From Terriglobia bacterium (GTDB taxonomy: Bacteria > Acidobacteriota > Terriglobia > 2-12-FULL-54-10), in NCBI GenBank assembly GCA_963666975.2, contig CAXVYR010000004.1, positions 1,888,001 to 1,952,000 on the forward strand: DNA of 64,000 bases, in the 5' to 3' direction. Below the pieces are notes generated by a model. The model saw only the letters and a program-made list of their open reading frames with translations, had not been told where the DNA came from and did no database searches. A program made the position numbers and the translations under genes. This document shows, piece after piece, positions 1 through 8,053 of this stretch. Positions within the stretch are counted from its first letter, which is position 1, and each line of letters opens with the position of its first letter.

Positions 1-282
1 GCTCTGAAAACCATTTCCAATTCCCTGCGCCACATATTTGCCGGGGGGAAGATTCTTGGCTGTATAACGGCCTTGTGCCTGGGTGATGACCATAAAGGTC
101 AGTCGTCTCTCGTCATTCTTCAACTTGACAAAGGCGCCGGAGACGGGTGCCCCGGACGAATTGTTGACCACTCCCTGAAGGCTGCCCTGCAATGTCTGCT
201 GTGCGAACATCGGGCGGGCGCCGGCCAAAAAGGCCACTGCCGCCACTGCAAAAACCATCTTTGGATTCACATGACCGAACAT
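1..282 (-). CDS. Exported protein with carboxypeptidase-regulatory-like N-terminal domain (partial, runs off window start)
   Basis: Manual translation from ATG 282 with GGAGG RBS: MFGHVNPKMVFAVAAVAFLAGARPMFAQQTLQGSLQGVVNNSSGAPVSGAFVKLKNDERRLTFMVITQAQGRYTAKNLPPGKY. Signal peptide plus CarboxypepD_reg-like pattern. Not in the ORF track. Confidence 0.75.
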   Translation of the reverse strand, partial: MFGHVNPKMVFAVAAVAFLAGARPMFAQQTLQGSLQGVVNNSSGAPVSGAFVKLKNDERRLTFMVITQAQGRYTAKNLPPGKYVAQGIGNGFQS

Positions 283-415
283 CGTCTTTCCTCCGTCCCC
301 GATTTGGGGTATTCCGGTGAAAAATGTTCTTAGCGGCTCGTAATGTCTAACTGGAATTCCCACCTTGGGTTCCCGAATACCTGAGAGTATACACCCTCTC
401 CATCGCCATCCTAAC

Positions 416-471
416 GATACCAGCACGGTTTGCAGTCCCAGATGATACCAGCACGGTTTGCAGTCCCAGAT
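416..471. repeat. Perfect 28-bp tandem duplication
   Basis: GATACCAGCACGGTTTGCAGTCCCAGAT at 416-443 and 444-471. Confidence 0.95.
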
Positions 472-580
472 GCCCCAGCGGGAAGGGCAAATTCCGCTGC
501 CCATAGCAAGGTGAGCTTGAGCCTGCCCGCCGGCTGATAGTTTTGCTGTTGCGCTGTTACATGGATTATTACATGAACTG

Positions 581-1255
581 TCACATGGGAAGATGAGCCG
601 ACTCCAGACTGTAGAGCCTCAATTTCAGCTTCCGGTAGTAAGCCCCGTCAAGCGGCTCTTTTAACGCGAACCGAAAGACTCGTGTGCGGCTGAACTCGCG
701 GCGGTTGTTCTCATACACGTGGAGTTCCAGTCGATAGGGATCTGACGACCATACCGATTCGATCTCCTGCGCCAGCCTCCACTCGCGGGAGTCTTCCGTG
801 TTTTCCGTCGCGTAGTACACCGCCTCTGTCGTAAAGATCAACCGGCCTTCGCACCCACCCAAAGAGTGCAAGTGCTTGACCGGCAACTCGTACTCAACGC
901 CTGATACTTCACCGACAACACGGTTCGTGACAGGCTTCCGCAACCACTGTTGGAGGGTTTCCAACAACTCGTCCGTCAACTCCCCCTCGGTGATGGTGAA
1001 ATGGAACCGCCTGTCGCGGCCCAGTTTCCGGCGCTGGTCCTCGTAGGTGAGAATGGTGAACTCCCGGCTGCTGAGGCGGTCAAAAAACTGAATGTCCGGG
1101 TAGTTCCATGTGCGGCTTTCCGATTCCTTCTCTGCACGGTAAACAATGGCCTGCTCGGTGATCTCGATCTGTCCGCCCCCGTCCGGCCAGAGTCTTTTCT
1201 TTCGGATCACGGAAAGAATCTGCCCGGCGAGGGGCTGGGCGAAGAGAAGCAGCAT
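581..1255 (-). CDS. Hypothetical, probably exported protein with two tandem similar domains
   Basis: 224-aa ORF, hydrophobic N-terminus, internal repeat (GQIEITEQAIVY..ESRTW / GRLIFTTEAVYY..DSREW). Start uncertain. Confidence 0.7.
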   Translation of the reverse strand: MLLLFAQPLAGQILSVIRKKRLWPDGGGQIEITEQAIVYRAEKESESRTWNYPDIQFFDRLSSREFTILTYEDQRRKLGRDRRFHFTITEGELTDELLETLQQWLRKPVTNRVVGEVSGVEYELPVKHLHSLGGCEGRLIFTTEAVYYATENTEDSREWRLAQEIESVWSSDPYRLELHVYENNRREFSRTRVFRFALKEPLDGAYYRKLKLRLYSLESAHLPM

Positions 1256-1356
1256 CAGAACAACAGCGCAATTGGCGCGAAACTGGCCCGCACACTCCAG
1301 ACGGGAAGCAGGCGCATCGCAAGCTGCGGGATTACTGGCCAGGGTGAGAAGTGCCG

Positions 1357-1678
1357 TTAATATCCCGCGGCGTGGCCGTCTTTACGCATTTCGCTGGCGG
1401 CAAAGTATACGCCTGTTCGGGGGTCGCGCCGGATGGCCTGATACCCGCCATAGGAAATGCCCTCTCTTACAGCAACCGAATGCCCCCGCTTCACCAGATT
1501 TCCGATGACGTCCGCTGACACGCCGCTCTCCACAAACAGGCTGCCCCCGTCCGTCCGTTGCGCGCCGTTGGGATCGCTGCTTACCATGTGCCGGTAGCGC
1601 GCGGCGTTGGCCGCGTCCACGGCGCTGCCGCCCTGTTTCAGAATGTCGAGGGCCATCCGGGTTGCCAGCGGGTGACTG
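1357..1678 (-). pseudogene. ggt: Gamma-glutamyltransferase remnant with large internal deletion
   Basis: N-terminal motif SHPLATRMALDILKQGGSAVDAA joined directly to the C-terminal segment ending GGYQAIRRD..ASEMRKDGHAAGY; abuts the IS end. Confidence 0.8.
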
Positions 1679-1751
1679 TGTACGTCGTCAGATAATGTTG
1701 GACACAGAGCATAAAAAGATAAGGTGGCGTTCAGGCTCCTCTGGGTTGATG

Positions 1752-2735
1752 TTAGGCTGCCCTTCTTTTGAAGTGCAACCGTTTTCTTAAGATCATAGTT
1801 TTCTCTTTGATGCGATCCCGTTTTTGCAGGATGGCACTGCCTTGGCCTGTAAAAACGTCATACGGTGTCAGGTTGTTCAGGCTTTCATGGTATCGGTTGG
1901 TGTTGTAGTGGTTGACGAAGGCATCGATCTGCCGCTCCAGCTCTTCTGGCAGGTAATAGTTGTTGAGCAGGATGCGGTCTTTCAGAGTTCGGTGCCAGCG
2001 TTCGATCTTGCCCTGCGTCATGGGGTGATAGGGCTTGCCGCGAGTATGCGGCACGCTGTTTTCTGCCAGCCATGATTGCAGTTCGGAAGAGACGTAGCAC
2101 GGCCCGTTGTCGCTCAGGAGGCGAGGTCTGTGCCGGGCGCCCACGCGGTCGAGGCCGGTGGCTTGCAAAGCATCCCGCAACGTGGCCGAGACGTCACTTG
2201 CGCTCATGGTTTTGCACAGCCGCCAGGCGATGATATAGCGCGAGAAGTCGTCCAGCACCGTGGACAGGTAGAACCAGCCCCAACCGATGACTTTCAGGTA
2301 GGTGAAGTCGGTCTGCCAGAGCTGGTTGACCGCCGTGGTCGGGTTGGCGAACCGTTCCGCCGCTTTCAGGACAATAAAGGCTGGCGCGGTAATCAGGTCA
2401 TGGCTTTTCAGGACGCGGTAAACCGTCGATTCAGAAAGGTAATACCGCCTTTCCTCGGTAAAACGCACCGCCAGCTCGCGTGACGACAGATCGGGCTCGG
2501 CCAGGGCTAACGTCACCAACTGCTGAGTTATCTCCTCCGGCACCTTGTTCCAGACAGGGCCAGGATCGGGTTTTTTGTCTTCCAGCCCATCAAAGCCTTC
2601 CGACACATAGCGGTCGTACCAGTTGTAAAACGTCGATCTGGGAATGCCAACCTGCTGCAGCGTCCGGCGCACCCCCAGGGCAGATTGCTCCACCGTGCAG
2701 ATGATCTCCAGCTTCTCCGAGGCAGGGTATCTCAT
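1752..2735 (-). CDS. IS3-family transposase OrfB (DDE integrase core)
   Basis: WQTDFTY, LDDFSRYII, LSDNGPCY, GKIERWHRTLK motifs. Confidence 0.95.
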   Translation of the reverse strand: MRYPASEKLEIICTVEQSALGVRRTLQQVGIPRSTFYNWYDRYVSEGFDGLEDKKPDPGPVWNKVPEEITQQLVTLALAEPDLSSRELAVRFTEERRYYLSESTVYRVLKSHDLITAPAFIVLKAAERFANPTTAVNQLWQTDFTYLKVIGWGWFYLSTVLDDFSRYIIAWRLCKTMSASDVSATLRDALQATGLDRVGARHRPRLLSDNGPCYVSSELQSWLAENSVPHTRGKPYHPMTQGKIERWHRTLKDRILLNNYYLPEELERQIDAFVNHYNTNRYHESLNNLTPYDVFTGQGSAILQKRDRIKEKTMILRKRLHFKRRAA

Positions 2736-3103
2736 GTATGTTCCTCCCCATCCCCGATCACGCTTTTTTTTAGCAGGCGATTTTCCAGCATAGCCTCGGC
2801 CAGGGCCTCTTTCAGCTGTACGGCCTGCTCCCGCAGAGTCTTGACTTCGCCACTGGTTGCCTCACGGTCTATGTCGCCCGCCAGCCGCTTGCGGCCAGCC
2901 TCCAGAAACTCCTTGCTCCAGCGGTAATACTGGTTCTGGTGCAGCCCCTCGCGGCGGCACAGCTCCGCGATGCTGTCCTCGCCGCGAAGTCCCTGCAATA
3001 CAATGCGGATTTTGTCTTCCGGGCTGAACCTGCGCCGCGTCCTGCGTTTGATCTCCCGGACGGCCTTCTCGACCGCCCCCCTGTCGTCTTGTTTTTGTCT
3101 CAT
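2732..3103 (-). CDS. IS3-family transposase OrfA (HTH)
   Basis: RRRFSPEDKIRIV..SIAELCRREG HTH plus leucine-zipper-like tail. Confidence 0.92.
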   Translation of the reverse strand: MRQKQDDRGAVEKAVREIKRRTRRRFSPEDKIRIVLQGLRGEDSIAELCRREGLHQNQYYRWSKEFLEAGRKRLAGDIDREATSGEVKTLREQAVQLKEALAEAMLENRLLKKSVIGDGEEHT

Positions 3104-3305
3104 CTTCGTTCCTTTCAGTCTCTACGATGAGCCAAAAACATCACCTTAACTATTACCCTCTACCTGTCCAACAAGCCCTGACGGGGCACAGGCTGGTTTG
3201 GCTGTGATCGGCTTCAATAAATTGTGTCATGGAGAACCCTGTGCAAAGCAGGACGGCGAATAGTGTTCTGAGGAGACGGGAAAGTATGCAAATCTTTCCT
3301 TTAAC

Positions 3306-3343
3306 AGGTTGTTGAAAAACACCAGTTGTCCGCCCCCTCACGG
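3306..3343 (-). repeat. REP-A right half plus TGGTGTTTTTCAACAACCT tail
   Basis: Reverse complement CCGTGAGGGGGCGGACAACTGGTGTTTTTCAACAACCT closely matches 13016-13051. Confidence 0.7.
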
Positions 3344-3356
3344 GGTCCCCAACGGG

Positions 3357-4115
3357 CTAGCCGCCCCATATCGCGCTGTAAAGCAGCCGAATGCTCGCCG
3401 TAGTCAGCAAGCCTAAAATAACGTTGTCGAAGACCTGCTTTTTGATTTTCCCGGCAAACAAAGCCCCCAGCGGAATAGCCAGCATCGCCGGAATCGTCGC
3501 CAGGAGGCTTTCCATCAGCAGCGCCGAAGTGTAAACCCCGAGACGGACCAAGGTGGCAAGCTGCACCACGGACATAACCAGAAACGGCGTCGCCACGGCG
3601 TAAATATAGGCGCGCGGCTCCAGCTTCAACGCATGGAAATAGGTTGCGATGGCGGGAGCCGACATTCCCGTAGCTGCTTGGAGCGCTCCGGAACAAAAGC
3701 CGGTGAGGGGAGAAAGCCTGTACCGGGACCGCAAAGACAAGCTGAAATTGGGATGAAGGAAACGCAGCAGGATATAGACAACGAGCCACACCGAAAGAAT
3801 GGCGGACAACATCCGGTCGCTGGCGGCCACCAGGAACCATGCGCCGAGCGGCACTCCGACGCATCCGGCCAGCAGCAGCCGGGGCATCTCCGGGAACTGG
3901 TTGGCGCAATCCTTGTGCCGCCAAACCAGCCAGGCGTTGAGCACCATCGCGGGAATTACCATGACGATCACGGCATGTTCCACGCCCAGGAAACTAGCCA
4001 TCACAGGGATAGCCACCGTCGGCAGGCCCATGCCCGTAATGCCCTTAATGAAACCACCCGCCACCAAGGCGAGGACGATAATCAAGACAGCTTGCAGAGA
4101 AAGAGATTCAACCAT
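3357..4115 (-). CDS. Sulfite exporter TauE/SafE family protein
   Basis: AGGFIKGITGMGLP motif, about 8 hydrophobic segments, 252 aa. Confidence 0.85.
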   Translation of the reverse strand: MVESLSLQAVLIIVLALVAGGFIKGITGMGLPTVAIPVMASFLGVEHAVIVMVIPAMVLNAWLVWRHKDCANQFPEMPRLLLAGCVGVPLGAWFLVAASDRMLSAILSVWLVVYILLRFLHPNFSLSLRSRYRLSPLTGFCSGALQAATGMSAPAIATYFHALKLEPRAYIYAVATPFLVMSVVQLATLVRLGVYTSALLMESLLATIPAMLAIPLGALFAGKIKKQVFDNVILGLLTTASIRLLYSAIWGG

Positions 4116-4147
4116 GACGGCAGCTCAGGCGCAGTTTCGGCAAAACG

Positions 4148-4930
4148 TTAGCCTCCGGCATAGAGCCAGTCCGGCAGCGCCAGGGAGATCGCCGGAATAT
4201 AGGTGACGATCGAAAGAAAGCTCAGGAGGATCAGCAACCAGGGCAAGGCGGCGCGAACCACCTCCTCCAAAGCCATGTTCGCGACCCCCGCGGTAACGAA
4301 CAGATTGAGTCCCACCGGCGGCGTCACCATGCCAATCTCCATGTTGATGACCATGATGATTCCCAGGTGAATCGGGTCGATCCCTGCCCGCACCGCGATG
4401 GGGAAGATAACCGGCGCCAGAATCAGTATGACCGACGACGGCTCCATGAAGTTCCCCATCAACAGCAAGAGCACGTTCACGAACAAAAGCAAAGCCCACG
4501 GTTCCAGCCCCAGATGCAGAATGGCCTCCGATGCCATCTGGGGAATCTGCTCCGTGGTGAGCACAAAGGCAAACAGATAAGCGTTTGCGATAATGAACAT
4601 CAGCATCGCCGTGACTTTGGCGCCTTCGGTCAGCACCTGGGGCGCCCGGGACAAGGGCATGTCCCGGTACACGAAGACGGCGATCAAACAGCATACACCA
4701 CCGAGCCCGCGGCGGCCTCGGTGGGCGTAAAAATGCCTCCGTAGATGCCTCCTGAAATAATAACGATCAGCAGCAGGCTCCACAGCGCATCGCGCCCGCT
4801 GCGGACAACCTGGATGAAGGATGCTTTGGGCTGGCGTGGAAGGTTCCGCCGGCGCGCCACCAGATAGATCGCCGTCCTCATGGCCAGCGTCAGCAGCACT
4901 CCAGGAACCACTCCGGCGAGAAAGAAGCGG
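4148..4930 (-). pseudogene. TRAP transporter large permease DctM, C-terminal half only, frameshifted near 4686
   Basis: GGIYGGIFTPTEAAA and GIDPIHLGIIMVINMEIGMVTPPVGLNLFV motifs lie in two frames; N-terminal half and dctP/dctQ absent. Confidence 0.85.
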
Positions 4931-4935
4931 CCATC

Positions 4936-5214
4936 ATGCAGCTCGTCCGCGAAAGCTTCCAGCAACACAAAGTGAGATCGGACACCTTTGCCCCCGCCCC
5001 GCGACAACTGGGGAAGAGGAATCTGATGGATCTTTGCTATCTGATGGGCGAGGTTGCGACCACCGCCGTGGTGCTGCACGCAGTGGATCTGCGCCTGCCC
5101 TACAACCGGAAGCCGCTTCTGCCGGTTCCTGAACCGGCTGCGCCACGAATCAACATGGGGGAAATCTCACTGGCCTGGCGGCGGAGGAGCGTCAGGGTCC
5201 AATTCCTTTTGTGA
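4936..5214 (+). pseudogene. C-terminal fragment of a carboxymuconolactone-decarboxylase (AhpD)-like protein
   Basis: QLVRESFQQHKVRSDTFA..LGKRNLMDLCYLMGEVATTAVVLHAVD..LP..KPLLP resembles the CMD-family tail; no N-terminus. Confidence 0.5.
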
Positions 5215-6656
5215 CACTTTGGTAGCGCCCAGTTCGAGAAGCAGATTCGCCGTACTCTCGTGGGTGCCGTAGAGTCCCCTGTATCTTATGACCGGGCTCA
5301 GTCCTGCCGCCATACTCCACGGCGTCTCGCCATAATCGTTTTGCACGTTCACCTTGGCGCCGTTGTCGGCCAGGAATCGAACGATAGCCTCCGCTCCCGT
5401 AAAGGCGGCATTGTGCAGCGCTGTCTGGCCGTCTTCGTTGGTTGCATTGACGTCCGAGCCCAGCGCCACCGCCACTTTGACGGCTTCCAACGCGCGCTTC
5501 GCCTCCTCCGTGTTGCTTTCGTTCCCGCCCCGGAATGCGCATGATCCTGTACAGGCCCCTCTCGCCGCCGCCATCAGCGGCGTGGTCATTCCGCTGGCCG
5601 CCAGCTTTGGATCAGCGCGGCCTTCCGCCAGGACCCGCATGAGGCTGGCATCGGCGGACACCGCTGCCAAAAAAACGGTGTCGCGCCGACCATTTCAAAC
5701 GGGACTCCATCGGGCCCGCGCTGGTCCCATTTCGTGATGCGAGCGTTGGGATCCGCCCCCTGCACCAGAAGAGCCTTCGCCAATTCCGGCATGTTGGGCG
5801 GGCGCACACGATAGGCGGCGTCGTATCGGATTCCGGTGAGAGCGGAGAACCCATTTTGCACCGCGTGGTGCAAAGAGGTGACCCCGTTGCTGTCCGCCGC
5901 GTTCGGGTCCGCGCCCTTCTCCAGCAGAAAGATGGCAAGTTTCTCGTGGCCGCTGGAGCTCGCCACCACTAAGGCGTTGCCGTATTTCGGCGTGCCCTCA
6001 TTCACGTTCGCTCCCGCTTCGAGCAACATCCGGGCCGATTCCAGATCGCCTCCCCGGGCGGCAAACAGCAGCGGCGTGAAACCGCCCTTCGAGGGGGTGC
6101 GGATCTCCGCCCCGTGCTCGATCAGCGCCCGCGCGACCTCTGAGTGTCTTCCCGCCACCGCCCACATCAGGGCCGTCTGCCCCTTTTTGGATTCCTTTGC
6201 GTTCACATCCGCGCCACTGGCCAGCAGCAATTGCACCGCGTCCGCGCTGCCCGTGCGCGCGCACGTCATGAGCACCGTCTCTCCCGTCAGTTGGGCGGCG
6301 CTGGGATTCGCTCCAGCCTCGAGCAGCTTCCCCACCATGGCAGCGCTCCGGTTGGTGCAAGCCAGCGAAACAGGCGTGACGCCATAGTCGTTCGCCGCGC
6401 TCGCGTTAGCGCCGGCGCGAATTAGCAGATCCGCCGTTTCCAGATCATCCCGGTGGGCCGCCCAGTGCAGCGCAGTCGCGCCATCCGCCTGGGGCGCGTT
6501 CACATCGGCCTGCTGCAACAGGAAACGCACGGCCTCTTTGTCTCCCTGCTGAACCGCTTCAACCAGCCGCAGGTCGCCGCTGGCTGCGGCAAAGCTGGCA
6601 ACCGAGAGCAGAGGCACTATCCACCAGCCACTCAAACCTTTTATTTTCACGCCCAT
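5167..6656 (-). CDS. Exported ankyrin-repeat protein (frameshift in A7 run at 5669-5675)
   Basis: Signal peptide; repeated GATALHWAA / GQTALMWA / GFTPLLFAA units; one added base joins ORFs 5586..6701 and 5167..5670 as GATPFFLAAVSAD. Confidence 0.88.
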
Positions 6657-6706
6657 GTTTTTTCTCCCAATCCCGTTACCGACGAGGAAGTCCCCATCCA
6701 CGGCGT

Positions 6707-8053
6707 CTACGCCACGGAGAGGAGTTCGAGCTTTCCGGTGCTGTCGCCGAACTTCTCCACCGCAAGCCCCAGCTTGTCCAGGACGGTCAGGTAAAGATTC
6801 GTCATCGGCGTATTCTTTGGATACCGGATGTGCCGCCCCCCCTGGATCTGGCCCCTTCCCCCGCCCGCCAACAGGATGGGCAGATTTTGGAGCAAATGCT
6901 CGTTGCCGTCGCTCAAGGAGCTGCCGTAGACGATCAGCAAATGGTCCAGCAGGGAGCCATCGCCGTCTGGCGTAGACCGCAGCTTCTCCAGGAAATACGA
7001 GAACATTTTGGCATGGTACACGTCGATCTGGAACACCTTCTCGAGATTTACGGGATCGCTCCCGTGGTGCGACACCGCATGGTGCACGTCGGGGACGCCG
7101 ATCTCGCGGTAGGTCCGGTTGCTTTGTTCCCGGCCCATCATAAAGGTGATGACGCGAGTCATGTCGGTCTGATAGGCCAGCACCTGCAAATCAAACATCA
7201 ACTTGGCATGCTCCGCGAATGTGGGCGGGACGCCAGCGGGCCGGTCCAGCACCGGCAGCTCGCGGGAGGATTGTTCCTCGGCCATCTGGATGCGCCGCTC
7301 GACGTCGCGAACGGCATCGAGATAGTCGGTGAGCTTGGCGCGGTCGCCCGGGCCGAGCCCCGTCAGGAGGCGGGCAGCAGCCTGGGTCACCGAGTCGAGA
7401 AGGCTGCGGTCTTTCCGGATTCGGGCGCGCCGCGCCGCCGGGTCGGTGCTGTTACTGTCGCCGAACAGGCGTTCAAACACCGCGCGCGGCTGGTATTCGA
7501 CCGGCAGCGGCGTCGTGGCAGTGCGCCAGGAAAGCGTGTTTAGGTAGGCGCAGCTCCAGCCTTTTTCGCATTGGCCCACCACATCGTTGCTGTGCAGGCC
7601 GAGCTCGAGCGAGGCCACTTGCGTTTGCTTGCCGAGTTCCTTCGCAACGATCTGGTCCACCGAAATTCCCACGCGGCCTTCCCGCTTCGGGTGAACGCCC
7701 GTCAGGAAGACGGCGCCGGCGCGCTCATGCGGCGCGGATTCTCCTTCTCCCGGCAACGCATTGCCGGAATTGTTGTTGAGTCCGCTCAGCACGAGAAATT
7801 GATTCCGAAAGGCAGCCAGCGGCTCCAGGGTCGGGCTCAACTCGTAAGCGACGCCCTCCGCCGCTGGAGACCACTGGGCCATGTTCATCCCGTTCGGAGT
7901 ATAAACAAATGACAGGCGGGGCGGCGGGTTGGCCGCCGTGTCCAGCCTGGTTGCGTAAGCGGGAACCATTCCGTCCAGCAACGGCAAAGCGAACGTTGCA
8001 CCGACACCGCGTAAAAATGCGCGGCGAGGGATGGCCTTCTTGAAAATCATCAT
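6707..8053 (-). CDS. DUF1552 (HXXSHH) domain protein, Tat-type signal
   Basis: Starts MMIFKKAIPRRAFLRG; ISVDQIVA, PRAVFERLFG, HHAVSHHG, NLPILLAGG motifs; ATGA overlap with the upstream gene. Confidence 0.92.
   Translation of the reverse strand: MMIFKKAIPRRAFLRGVGATFALPLLDGMVPAYATRLDTAANPPPRLSFVYTPNGMNMAQWSPAAEGVAYELSPTLEPLAAFRNQFLVLSGLNNNSGNALPGEGESAPHERAGAVFLTGVHPKREGRVGISVDQIVAKELGKQTQVASLELGLHSNDVVGQCEKGWSCAYLNTLSWRTATTPLPVEYQPRAVFERLFGDSNSTDPAARRARIRKDRSLLDSVTQAAARLLTGLGPGDRAKLTDYLDAVRDVERRIQMAEEQSSRELPVLDRPAGVPPTFAEHAKLMFDLQVLAYQTDMTRVITFMMGREQSNRTYREIGVPDVHHAVSHHGSDPVNLEKVFQIDVYHAKMFSYFLEKLRSTPDGDGSLLDHLLIVYGSSLSDGNEHLLQNLPILLAGGGRGQIQGGRHIRYPKNTPMTNLYLTVLDKLGLAVEKFGDSTGKLELLSVA

Larger units (their letters stand above)
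1679..3190 (-). mobile_element. IS3-family insertion sequence (1512 bp)
   Basis: Imperfect 26-bp terminal IRs TGTACGTCGTCAGATAATGTTGGACA / TGTCCAACAAGCCCTGACGGGGCACA; orfA and orfB; A8G slippery site at 2763-2771; flanks GACTG / GGCTG. Confidence 0.9.
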
